NCBI GenBank assembly: GCA_036679605.1
Contig: JAZDCZ010000386.1
Coordinates: 66,311 to 130,310, forward strand
DNA length: 64,000 nt
Direction: 5' to 3'
Source: Gemmatimonadota bacterium
GTDB taxonomy: Bacteria; Gemmatimonadota; Gemmatimonadetes; Gemmatimonadales; GWC2-71-9
Positions within the stretch are counted from its first letter, which is position 1. Every line of letters begins with the position of its first letter. The translations under genes were made by a program, and so were the position numbers. This document shows, in pieces, positions 10,449 through 18,887 of this stretch. Under the pieces are notes generated by a model that saw only the letters and a program-made list of their open reading frames with translations, made no database searches and had not been told where the DNA came from.

Positions 10449-11113
10449 AGGTGCTGGTTGTCGAAGACGATCGCACTGTTGGCCAATTTGTCCAGCGTGG
10501 ATTGGAAGAGCAGCGAATTCAGACGGACTTGATCGACGATGGTGGATCTGCGCTGGAGCGGGCGTCTCAGGCCAGCTACGACGTAATTGTTTTGGATTTG
10601 CGGCTCCCAACACTTAGTGGCATCGAAGTATTACGCACTCTGAGGGATCGTGGGGTGGCGACGCCTGTGCTGATTCTGACGGCGCAGGACGCAGTTGAGT
10701 CCAAGGTCCAGGCGCTCCGCACAGGTGCAGACGACTACGTGACTAAGCCATTTGCGTTTGAGGAACTGCTAGCCCGCGTAGAAGCGCTCGGAAGACGGCC
10801 CAAGGATCTAGCCTCGCCGATACTGACGGTCGGCGATCTAGTGATGGACGTGGCCAAACACGAGGTCCGTCGAAAGAAGACACTATTGGATTTGACTCCG
10901 AAAGAATACTCCGTTCTAAAGTATCTGATGCGGAACGCCGGCAGAGTCATGGCGCGGACTCTGATTACGGAGTACGCATGGGGCTATCACTTCGACCCGG
11001 GAACCAACGTCGTGGACGTGGTGATCAACCGGCTGCGTAAGAAGGTGGATCACGGAAATAAACTGAAGTTGATCCACACGGTTCGCGGTGTCGGCTATGT
11101 CCTGAAGGACTGA
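10445..11113 (+). CDS. OmpR-family response regulator, CusR/CopR-like
   Basis: The receiver domain has VVEDD...DVIVLDLRLP...KPFAFEELLARV. The winged-helix domain has LTPKEYSVLKYLM...NVVDVVINRLRKKVD...IHTVRGVGYVL. The start overlaps the upstream HK stop (ATGA). Confidence 0.9.
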   Translation: MKVLVVEDDRTVGQFVQRGLEEQRIQTDLIDDGGSALERASQASYDVIVLDLRLPTLSGIEVLRTLRDRGVATPVLILTAQDAVESKVQALRTGADDYVTKPFAFEELLARVEALGRRPKDLASPILTVGDLVMDVAKHEVRRKKTLLDLTPKEYSVLKYLMRNAGRVMARTLITEYAWGYHFDPGTNVVDVVINRLRKKVDHGNKLKLIHTVRGVGYVLKD

Positions 11114-12601
11114 ATGCAGACAATACGCGGGCGCCTGGCCGTATGGTATGCGGTTGCCATGGGCGCTACGTTGTTCCTGTTCACCGGAGCGGTTTATCTC
11201 GTCGAGCGTTCACCGAACGACGCCCAACTCATTGCTACGGTGCGGGCTCGGGCTGATCTGATCGCCGCGATTCTGGGCGAGGCCTTCCTTTCAAGAGACT
11301 CCGTGGTAGTTCAGGACCCCGCAACTCAGCGTACCGCCCTCGCCGCGGATCTCGAGGTGCTGCTCGAAGGCGTGCCGAATTACATACTTGTTCTTGGTCC
11401 GGACGGTGACCCACTTTTCGTTTCCGGAAGCGTACAGCCGGGTGATCAGGCGGTGGGCGCCATAATCGTAAGGGGACTTGGATCCGCGGACGTGGGGAGG
11501 TTCGTAGACGCCGTTCAGGCCCAGATCACGGTGGGGGGCAGCGGGTCGGTCGATTTGGGATCTCCATTTGGCACAATCCGTTACTACGTGCGGCCCATTT
11601 CTACGGCGGGGCAGCAGGTGACCGCGGTGGTGTCGGGTATCTCAGAGGCGGGACTCGCACTCAGACCCCAGCGTTTGTTGGTCGTGATGTCGTTGATAGC
11701 TCCATTCTTCATCTTGGCGTCGATGGGGATCGCGTATGTTCTTGCGGGGCGGACGCTTCAACCCGTCGACAAGATCGTCGATGAGGTCGAGGATATCACC
11801 GACGGCCGAAGTCTGCATCGGCGTCTCGCAACTCCTACTACCAGAGACGAACTCTTCCGACTGACCACAACGCTCAACGAGATGCTATCCCGCCTCGAAC
11901 GCAGTTTCGTAGCGTTGCGCCGTTTCACCGCAGACGCAAGCCACGAGCTGAAGACCCCACTCACGGTTCTGCGTTCAGGAATCGAACGTAGTATCACGCA
12001 CCCTGATGTGAATCCAGAGGTGTTGGAGGTTCTCGACGAGACTTTGAGAGAGGTGAATCGGATGACGGAGCTAGTGGACTCGTTGCTGACTTTAGCCAGG
12101 GCTGACGAGGGTCGCGCTCCGTTGCATCTCGAGTCGGTGGACATGAGAGATGTGCTGATCGAAATCGCCGAGACCGGTGGCATGTTGGGTGAGCAAGCCG
12201 ATGTTGAGGTGTCGGTCGAAGTTCCCGAGCATACCGAGATCATCTCGGTCGACCGGAGTCGCATTCGACAGCTTCTCATGAACCTGCTGACGAACGCCAT
12301 CAAGTACACACCGGTGGGCGGCAAGGTGTCGGTCGTCTCGCTGCGGGAGGATGGCAATTTTGTGGTAAGAGTGAAAGATGCGGGGGTAGGCATTGCGCCC
12401 GGTGAATTACCGCATATCTTCGATCGCTTCTGGCGAGCCGATCCGGCGCGCAGCCGGACAGGTCAGCGTCCAGGCGCGGGACTGGGGCTGGCGATCAGTA
12501 AGTGGATCGCCGAGGCTCACGGTGGCTCGATTGAGGCCAGGAGTCGACTCGGTCGCGGTACAACGATGACGGTCACGCTGCCGGCGGACTGGGATCAGTA
12601 A
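11114..12601 (+). CDS. Membrane sensor histidine kinase (periplasmic domain, HAMP, HisKA, HATPase_c), CusS-like architecture
   Basis: Two TM helices flank a ~170-aa periplasmic domain. The H-box is FTADASHELKTPLT and the G-boxes are DAGVGI and GAGLGLAI. The start codon directly abuts the RR stop. Confidence 0.88.
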   Translation: MQTIRGRLAVWYAVAMGATLFLFTGAVYLVERSPNDAQLIATVRARADLIAAILGEAFLSRDSVVVQDPATQRTALAADLEVLLEGVPNYILVLGPDGDPLFVSGSVQPGDQAVGAIIVRGLGSADVGRFVDAVQAQITVGGSGSVDLGSPFGTIRYYVRPISTAGQQVTAVVSGISEAGLALRPQRLLVVMSLIAPFFILASMGIAYVLAGRTLQPVDKIVDEVEDITDGRSLHRRLATPTTRDELFRLTTTLNEMLSRLERSFVALRRFTADASHELKTPLTVLRSGIERSITHPDVNPEVLEVLDETLREVNRMTELVDSLLTLARADEGRAPLHLESVDMRDVLIEIAETGGMLGEQADVEVSVEVPEHTEIISVDRSRIRQLLMNLLTNAIKYTPVGGKVSVVSLREDGNFVVRVKDAGVGIAPGELPHIFDRFWRADPARSRTGQRPGAGLGLAISKWIAEAHGGSIEARSRLGRGTTMTVTLPADWDQ

Positions 12602-12678
12602 ACTGCATGTCACGTAACTGTCATCGTTTTGTAATGTTATCAACACTGAACTGTCAGTCTAACTCTTTGCCGACGGTG

Positions 12679-12684
12679 TATAAT
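12679..12684 (+). promoter_or_regulatory. Possible -10 element (TATAAT) ahead of the Ton cluster
   Basis: A perfect TATAAT hexamer sits in the AT-rich 114-bp gap, ~32 nt upstream of the tonB start. No good -35 is seen, and the sigma-factor consensus for this organism is unknown. Confidence 0.2.
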
Positions 12685-12715
12685 TGGTTCGACGTTCAGA
12701 CAAACTCGGAGGTGT

Positions 12716-13423
12716 GTGGTGTTCGATAACCTCGTAGAATCCGCCCCAAAGAACCTGCGCTTTGGACAGAAGCTATCCAGCAGCGGGGTTTCCTTGGGCC
12801 TACACACATTGATGATTTGGGGCGCTGTAACGGTCACCATGAAGGTCAAGGAAGAGATCACACAGGTGGCTGTCGATACGATGATGATCTTCATCGATGA
12901 GGAGCCGGAGGAGGAGCCGGAAGAAGCTCCGCCACCACCGAAACTCCTGAATCTGGCACCCCCCAAGGGATTCAAGATCCTCAGCGCGCCGATCGAGGTG
13001 CCTACCTCAATCCCGGACATCGATTTGTCAGATGAGTTCGATCCGCGTGACTATTCAGGCATCGGAGTCGAAGGTGGCATCTTCGAGGGCATTGAAGATG
13101 GTCCAATCGATCTGGCGCAGATATTCAATGAGGCGGTCGTCGATGAGCCACCCGAGCGAATCTCCAGTCCGCCCTTAGAGTATCCTCGTACGATGCAGCG
13201 TGCGGGCGTGGAGGGTCTAGTGCTTCTCCAGGGCGTCGTAGATACCACGGGGCATATCGAACCCAAGAGCATTGTGGTGGTCAGATCCGATCAGAAGGCC
13301 TTTGAAGCTCCGGCCAAGCAATTGCTGCGCCGCAGCCTGTTCAGGGCCGGCCGAGTGCGCGGCCGTCCTGTCAGGGTGCTGATTCAATTACCAATTCAAT
13401 TCACGTTAATAGGTGGCCCGTAA
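12716..13423 (+). CDS. tonB: TonB-family energy transducer
   Basis: It has an N-terminal TM helix, an acidic/Pro-rich spacer (EEPEEEPEEAPPPPKLLNLAPP) and a TonB C-terminal domain (PPLEYPRTMQRAGVEGLVLLQGVVDTTGHI). The start could be GTG 12716 or 12719. Confidence 0.85.
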   Translation: MVFDNLVESAPKNLRFGQKLSSSGVSLGLHTLMIWGAVTVTMKVKEEITQVAVDTMMIFIDEEPEEEPEEAPPPPKLLNLAPPKGFKILSAPIEVPTSIPDIDLSDEFDPRDYSGIGVEGGIFEGIEDGPIDLAQIFNEAVVDEPPERISSPPLEYPRTMQRAGVEGLVLLQGVVDTTGHIEPKSIVVVRSDQKAFEAPAKQLLRRSLFRAGRVRGRPVRVLIQLPIQFTLIGGP

Positions 13424-13485
13424 GCGGGTCGTTGGAATAGTAGTGAGCGTTCGATCTCAACTTTGTACGGAGGCCCAGTAGTCTT

Positions 13486-14226
13486 ATGCAAGTATCGTTA
13501 CTAGCGCTTTGGAACGACGCCGGTGGATTCGCCAGGGGCATCATCCTCTTGTTGGCGATCATGTCTATTGCCTCTCTGGGCACCGCGACTGCCAAGTGGT
13601 GGAGGTTTAGGAAGAGCCGGAGGGCGACTCGCAGGTTCGCGCCCGAGTTTGCTCGTTTCCTTCAGGAGGAAGAACTGGACGGCGCCATAGAATTGGCTGA
13701 GAAAGAGAAAGTCTCGCACGTGGCGCGAGTGCTGGGTCAGGCGTTGTCAGAGGTGAAACCTCTGCTGCGCGACCGAGCCACTATCACGAGCGGTGACATC
13801 AACTCGGCGGAGCGCGCGGTCGAGAGACAGAGCCTCATTCTTCTGTCAGAACTCAAGACCGGTATGGCCATTCTGGCAACGGTAGGTGCGACAGCCCCGT
13901 TCGTCGGTTTGTTGGGGACGACAATGGGGGTAGTGAACGCTTTCACGGGTATGGCTCTGACGGGGTCAGGTGGATTAGCGGCGATCTCCGCCGGTATATC
14001 TGAGGCGCTGATTACCACTGCCTTCGGCCTTGCCGTCGCCATCCCGGCTGTGTGGCTGTACAACTATTTCCAGACCAAGATCGAGAACATCACGGTCGAA
14101 ATGACCTATACGTCCAAGGAACTGATCGACTTCTTGATCAAGAGCGTTGGCAGTGAATTCGGCCGTTCGATTTTCACCAAGGAGTTCAAGGCCCAGCAGG
14201 CTGCGGCGACGGACCCGCAGAGCTGA
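13486..14226 (+). CDS. exbB: MotA/TolQ/ExbB proton-channel protein
   Basis: Three TM helices and the conserved LATVGATAPFVGLLGTTMGVVNAF...ISEALITTAFGLAVAIPA block are present. Confidence 0.9.
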   Translation: MQVSLLALWNDAGGFARGIILLLAIMSIASLGTATAKWWRFRKSRRATRRFAPEFARFLQEEELDGAIELAEKEKVSHVARVLGQALSEVKPLLRDRATITSGDINSAERAVERQSLILLSELKTGMAILATVGATAPFVGLLGTTMGVVNAFTGMALTGSGGLAAISAGISEALITTAFGLAVAIPAVWLYNYFQTKIENITVEMTYTSKELIDFLIKSVGSEFGRSIFTKEFKAQQAAATDPQS

Positions 14227-14263
14227 TAGCCGGTGACCTGCAAGCTAAGGGGAGAGTCATCTC

Positions 14264-14722
14264 ATGGCCCGTGACCTAGTTCCGAAGAGCCAGGTAAAGA
14301 ACGAACCCAACGTCGTGCCGATGATCGATGTCATGTTGGTGTTGCTAATCATCTTCATGATCGTGACACCAATTATTTCGGCAGGATTTCAGGCAAAGAT
14401 GCCCTTCGCAAAGTCCCTCGAGTCACGGCCTGAAGAGGATGGCGACATAGTGCTCGGGATCGACAACGAGGGCAACTTCTTTCTGGATCCCGGAACCGGA
14501 AAAATCGGGCCTGTGCCGGGTGGTAAGCTGGAGGAGTACCTCACGAGCATCTTTGAGGCACGGACCAAAGACAAAATCATGTACTTGAAGGCACATAATG
14601 GCCTAGACTATGGTGTGGTCCAAGATGCCGTGGAAATCGCCAGGTCGGCGGGAGTGCGGGTCTTAGCGACTATAGCCGAAGAGCAAAGGGAAATGCCCAA
14701 CCGCTCGACAGGCGGGAGGTAG
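14264..14722 (+). CDS. exbD: ExbD/TolR biopolymer transport protein
   Basis: NVVPMIDVMLVLLIIFMI is the signature N-terminal TM segment, followed by a periplasmic domain. Confidence 0.9.
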   Translation: MARDLVPKSQVKNEPNVVPMIDVMLVLLIIFMIVTPIISAGFQAKMPFAKSLESRPEEDGDIVLGIDNEGNFFLDPGTGKIGPVPGGKLEEYLTSIFEARTKDKIMYLKAHNGLDYGVVQDAVEIARSAGVRVLATIAEEQREMPNRSTGGR

Positions 14723-14725
14723 ACC

Positions 14726-15151
14726 ATGGCAATGAGTGTCGGGAGTGACGATGGTGGATATCAGAACGAACCCAACATAGTACCGATGATCGACATTCTC
14801 CTGGTCCTACTCATCATCTTCATGATGCAGGTGCCGCTCCAACGCAAAGCCATGGATGTGCAGGTGCCGCCCGTAGAGACTCGGACGCAGCAACAGAACG
14901 TCCAGAGCGATCAGATCGTTTTGGAATTGAAGGACGACCAGTCGTACGCGATAAACAGTAGGGTTGTCTCCAAGCAGGATCTCGACCGCGAACTTCACGA
15001 TGTCTTTGATAACCGACCGACCAAGTTGATGTTTATCAAGGCTGCCCGGAACAGGAAGTACCAGGAGCTTATCGAGGTGATGGATATTGCTCGTGGAGCG
15101 GGAGTGCAGGTCATTGGGCTTACGCCGAGACCGAAGGATGAAGCCCAGTAG
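14726..15151 (+). CDS. exbD: ExbD/TolR biopolymer transport protein (second copy)
   Basis: The signature is NIVPMIDILLVLLIIFMM. It starts 3 nt after the first exbD. Confidence 0.9.
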   Translation: MAMSVGSDDGGYQNEPNIVPMIDILLVLLIIFMMQVPLQRKAMDVQVPPVETRTQQQNVQSDQIVLELKDDQSYAINSRVVSKQDLDRELHDVFDNRPTKLMFIKAARNRKYQELIEVMDIARGAGVQVIGLTPRPKDEAQ

Positions 15152-15238
15152 GTAAAGTTCTGACGAACTGGATTCAACACGGGCGTGCGGGCCGACATTG
15201 AGAGGACTGCGCGCCCGTTTGGTGTATACTATAGGACC

Positions 15239-15976
15239 ATGGATCGTTCGCCGAAGATTCCCAAATTCCGAGTGCCAGAGTCAAGTCGGAAGCTCGCTGG
15301 CGGCGTGATCGGCTCGGCCTCTGCCCACACGCTGTTTGTATTGATAGTTGCTTGGAGTGGGGGTGAGGTAACTGGTGGCATACACTGGACCGCAGGGGTA
15401 GCGGAACCTCTGGGTGGAGGGGGTGGAGGAGGAGGCGCGCGCGTGCGGTACGTCGAATTACAGTCTGCTGGTAGCGTGGCGGCGGCTTCCACCAAAACTG
15501 AGATTCCGATTCCAGCGCCTGTCGTGAAGCAGATAATGAGACGGGCGAGCCCGATGGACATCGTGGAGCGGGCGAAGCGGGTCGTTCTCAGCAATGGGCT
15601 AGCTAGAGGACTGTCAGGCGGAGCGCACGGACCCGCTGAGGGCTCTGGTGATGGTGTCGGGAGTGGGCAGGGCACCGGTATCGGCAGTGCCAATGGACGA
15701 GAAACGGGAGGGTCGGGCCCCGGGTTCGCTCCTCGTTCCAAACAAATGCTCTTGCCTCCCGATGCTCCCAAGTCGGTTAAGGGGCTGGAGTTCAAGGTAC
15801 AATTCTGGATCGATCGGCGGGGCCGGGTCACGAAGGTGGGCGTCGTGCCTGAAATAGAGCATTCGGCATACCGGAAGAAGTTCATTGAGCGGATGCTCCG
15901 GTTTAGATTCTATCCGGCCCGTGGCAGCGAAGGGGCTCCGGTGGACGGATTTCTTGAGGTGATGGTCATTCCGTAG
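15239..15976 (+). CDS. Second TonB-C-terminal-domain-like protein with a Gly-rich spacer
   Basis: It has a TM helix (VIGSASAHTLFVLIVAW), a G7 run plus GSGDGVGSGQGTGIGSANGRETGGSGPG, and a C-terminus EFKVQFWIDRRGRVTKVGVV...RFRFYPARGSEGAPVDGFLEVMVI that resembles a TonB_C fold. The track ORF starts at 15185; I prefer ATG 15239. Confidence 0.6.
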   Translation: MDRSPKIPKFRVPESSRKLAGGVIGSASAHTLFVLIVAWSGGEVTGGIHWTAGVAEPLGGGGGGGGARVRYVELQSAGSVAAASTKTEIPIPAPVVKQIMRRASPMDIVERAKRVVLSNGLARGLSGGAHGPAEGSGDGVGSGQGTGIGSANGRETGGSGPGFAPRSKQMLLPPDAPKSVKGLEFKVQFWIDRRGRVTKVGVVPEIEHSAYRKKFIERMLRFRFYPARGSEGAPVDGFLEVMVIP

Positions 15977-16002
15977 ACACGGTATTCAACAAGGGGGTTG
16001 CT

Positions 16003-17976
16003 GTGCGGCCTAGTCGTGTTCGTCACTTGTGCATCACATCAGCCCTATTTGCATTAACCCTGTCAGTCGTTGACAGGCTCCACAGCCAAGAATTCGAACT
16101 CGGTGCACCGCCCGCAATCCTGAAGGGAATTCCGTTTACGCTCACGGTGAGTGCGCAGGGAGCGCTGGATACCCTTGCTGTGGTCGTGCGGCTTGGAGAC
16201 GGCACTGTGTTGTCGGATAGCGTTCTGCCGCCGCTCGAGTCTCTTTCCCTGAGAGACGTGATAGTCTCGTCGAGCGATCAACTTCCGATCCGTGTTGAAC
16301 TTGGGAGTGTGTCTGAAGAACTCTCACCGCCGCTGCTGCCGGCCTGGTTCTCGATCCTTCCGCCGCTGATCGCGATCGCGCTCGCTTTGATGTTACACGA
16401 GGTCGTGACGAGCCTATTCGTGGGAGTGTGGTTGGGTTGTTTCTTGCTCGCGGGATACAACCCGTTGGCCGCGCTCCTCATGACAATCGATCAGTATGTC
16501 GTGCCGGCTTTGGCCGATGCGGATCACGCATCCATCGTGGTTTTCTCACTGCTATTGGGTGGAATGGTTGGGGTGATCAGCAAGATGGGCGGTGCCAAAG
16601 CGATTGTCGAGGCGGTCGCACCGTTGGCGACGTCTACACGACGGGCGCAGTTCGCCACTTGGCTTGCGGGGCTTGCGATTTTCTTCGACGACTATGCCAA
16701 TACGCTAATAGTCGGCAACACGATGAGACCGCTCACGGATCGACTCAAAGTGTCGCGAGAGAAACTGGCCTATATCGTCGACTCAACTGCTGCGCCGGTG
16801 ACAGCCATTGTGTTCGTATCCACCTGGGTCGGATACCAGATCAGTTTGATTGGAGACGGCCTACAGCTGGCCGCTGCACAGAGCGGCAGTAACCCAGCAC
16901 TCGCGGCCCAATTGGCTGCGGCTTCGCCATTCGATGTCTTCATTCGCTCAATTCCATACTTATTCTATCCGATCCTAGCAATATTCGCGGTCGCAGTCTT
17001 CATCCTGTCGCGCCGCGACTTCGGCCCCATGCTGCATGCAGAGCGCCGAGCAGCATCAGGCGGGGGACTCTACCGTCCGGGCGCACAGCTGGCGGCCGAC
17101 CTGGATAGCGAATTGGGCTCCGTACCCGATAACGTTCCGATGCGTTGGTGGAACGGCGTTCTGCCAGTCTTTGCCGTGGTAGTTACGGTGACAGTAGGAT
17201 TGATTTACACGGGCGCCAATGCCCTCGGTGAAGGCGAGACGGTTAGCTTTAGCACCATTCTTGGAAACGCAGATCCGTTTGCCACGCTGCTTTGGGGATC
17301 GCTAGCAGGATGCATAGTCGGCATCTTGTTGGCAGTAGGCCAGCGAATTCTTTCTCTATCCGACGCGATCGGTGCACTAGTGAGCGGCGTCAAGGCCATG
17401 ACGCTCGCGATTATCATTCTCTTGCTCGCGTGGTCGCTCGGCTCGGTCACCGGATCGCTCTCGACAGCATCATTTCTCTCGAGTGTCTTATCGGACCGAC
17501 TCCCCTTGGAGTTGTTGCCTGTCACCGTCTTCATCGTCGCCGCCACGGTATCGTTTGCGACGGGGACTTCTTGGGGAACCATGGCCGTATTGATTCCGCT
17601 CATCCTGCCATTATCGGTGGCGATGGGCGCGAACTTGGGTGGCGGTGCAGCAACCGGATTGCTGTTGGGAAGTCTTGGTTCGGTGCTGGCGGGCTCGATC
17701 TTCGGAGATCACTGTTCTCCTATATCAGATACGACCGTGTTGAGTTCGATGGCGTCCGGCTGCGATCACGTGGATCATGTAAAGACACAGTTACCGTACG
17801 CTGTACTGGTGGCTGTCGTAGCCGTCGCAGCGTTGCTGGTGAGTAGCTTGATGTTCCGCTCCTCGCCGTGGGCAGCAGTGGGTTTGACCCTTGCTGGTTG
17901 CGGTGCGTTGTATGCCTTCGTCCGGATTTTTGGACAAGTGAGCGGTGAAGGTGGCGCCGTGGCACCAAGAGCCTAA
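16003..17976 (+). CDS. NhaC-family Na+/H+ antiporter with an N-terminal ~110-aa extension
   Basis: A polytopic membrane protein. The blocks FFDDYANTLIVGNTMRPLTD and GDHCSPISDTTVLSS are typical of NhaC-like antiporters. A signal-like N-terminus plus a beta-rich segment precede the first core TM. Confidence 0.8.
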   Translation: MRPSRVRHLCITSALFALTLSVVDRLHSQEFELGAPPAILKGIPFTLTVSAQGALDTLAVVVRLGDGTVLSDSVLPPLESLSLRDVIVSSSDQLPIRVELGSVSEELSPPLLPAWFSILPPLIAIALALMLHEVVTSLFVGVWLGCFLLAGYNPLAALLMTIDQYVVPALADADHASIVVFSLLLGGMVGVISKMGGAKAIVEAVAPLATSTRRAQFATWLAGLAIFFDDYANTLIVGNTMRPLTDRLKVSREKLAYIVDSTAAPVTAIVFVSTWVGYQISLIGDGLQLAAAQSGSNPALAAQLAAASPFDVFIRSIPYLFYPILAIFAVAVFILSRRDFGPMLHAERRAASGGGLYRPGAQLAADLDSELGSVPDNVPMRWWNGVLPVFAVVVTVTVGLIYTGANALGEGETVSFSTILGNADPFATLLWGSLAGCIVGILLAVGQRILSLSDAIGALVSGVKAMTLAIIILLLAWSLGSVTGSLSTASFLSSVLSDRLPLELLPVTVFIVAATVSFATGTSWGTMAVLIPLILPLSVAMGANLGGGAATGLLLGSLGSVLAGSIFGDHCSPISDTTVLSSMASGCDHVDHVKTQLPYAVLVAVVAVAALLVSSLMFRSSPWAAVGLTLAGCGALYAFVRIFGQVSGEGGAVAPRA

Positions 17977-18887
17977 GCTCGAAGAAGAGCGGCTGCCAAG
18001 CTGACTGCCCCCATCGCGGGGTCCACGGTGGCATCGCTCACTGCTACTCTGGACAGTGCTGCACTCAGGCGCACAACGAGTGCATCTCGAATTGGAGAAT
18101 CTTTGCCTAGCAAGCTGCCGGCAAGCGCCAGTTCCGGTCGTGCGTTCAATGAAAACTTCTCCGTCAGTGCTCTCGCGTGCTCGAAGAGACTGTGCGCTGC
18201 TTCATCTATCAGCTCCAGTGCCACGCGGTCCTTCCTGGCGGCAGCCACCAGGACTTCACGAGCAAGCGCGGCTACGGCCGCCCTGTCTGCGGTCGCTACC
18301 CACCTGACCATGTCGTCGAGAGATCGACTATCCGTGGCGCTCGCGATCGACTCGTAGAGAATGGTCTCCGGTCCTCGTTGCTCGAACGCCCGCCCGGCTG
18401 CGCCCAGTGCGGCCCGTCCCAGGGCGTAGCCGCTTCCCTCATCACCGAATTGCCAACCCAAACCACCCGTTCGAACGGTTCGTCCGTCGTCGGTATGTGC
18501 GAAGGCGATGGATCCGGTACCGGACACAAGAACGATTCCTGGTCTTGATTGTGGGAACGCTGACTCGAGGGCAATCTCAGCATCTGTTGTAACACGGAGC
18601 AGAACATGCACACCAATCGACGAACCCAGAGACCTCGCCAGATCGTCGCATTCTCGATCGCGCCCGGCGCCCGCAACGCCTACAACGACGGCTTCCGGTC
18701 TCTGCCCGCGGCAGCAGTCTCGCAAGGCCTCATCGATAAGACCCGATATGACTCCTGCCGAGTGTTCTATCTGTTCAGGTGTGACTGCGGCGGCAGGTCC
18801 TCGTTTGCGGTACTGGACGTTCGTGCCGTCCGCAACGACGACTTCGGTATGTGATCCTCCGGCGTCTACTCCAACGAGAACGGTCAA
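17973..18887 (-). CDS. BadF/BadG/BcrA/BcrD-type ATPase, probable N-acetyl amino-sugar kinase (NagK/MurK-like)
   Basis: The N-terminal phosphate-1 motif is LVGVDAGGSHTEVVV. Later motifs are VSGTGSIAF and GWQFGDEGSG. It shares a 4-nt start/stop overlap with the upstream SSS transporter. Confidence 0.75.
   Translation of the reverse strand: MTVLVGVDAGGSHTEVVVADGTNVQYRKRGPAAAVTPEQIEHSAGVISGLIDEALRDCCRGQRPEAVVVGVAGAGRDRECDDLARSLGSSIGVHVLLRVTTDAEIALESAFPQSRPGIVLVSGTGSIAFAHTDDGRTVRTGGLGWQFGDEGSGYALGRAALGAAGRAFEQRGPETILYESIASATDSRSLDDMVRWVATADRAAVAALAREVLVAAARKDRVALELIDEAAHSLFEHARALTEKFSLNARPELALAGSLLGKDSPIRDALVVRLSAALSRVAVSDATVDPAMGAVSLAAALLRA

Noticed and set aside
17973-17976. Interlocked stop codons of the convergent NhaC and kinase genes (CTAA supplies TAA on + and TAG on -).
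   Set aside because: This is a curiosity of genome compaction. No functional implication can be supported.
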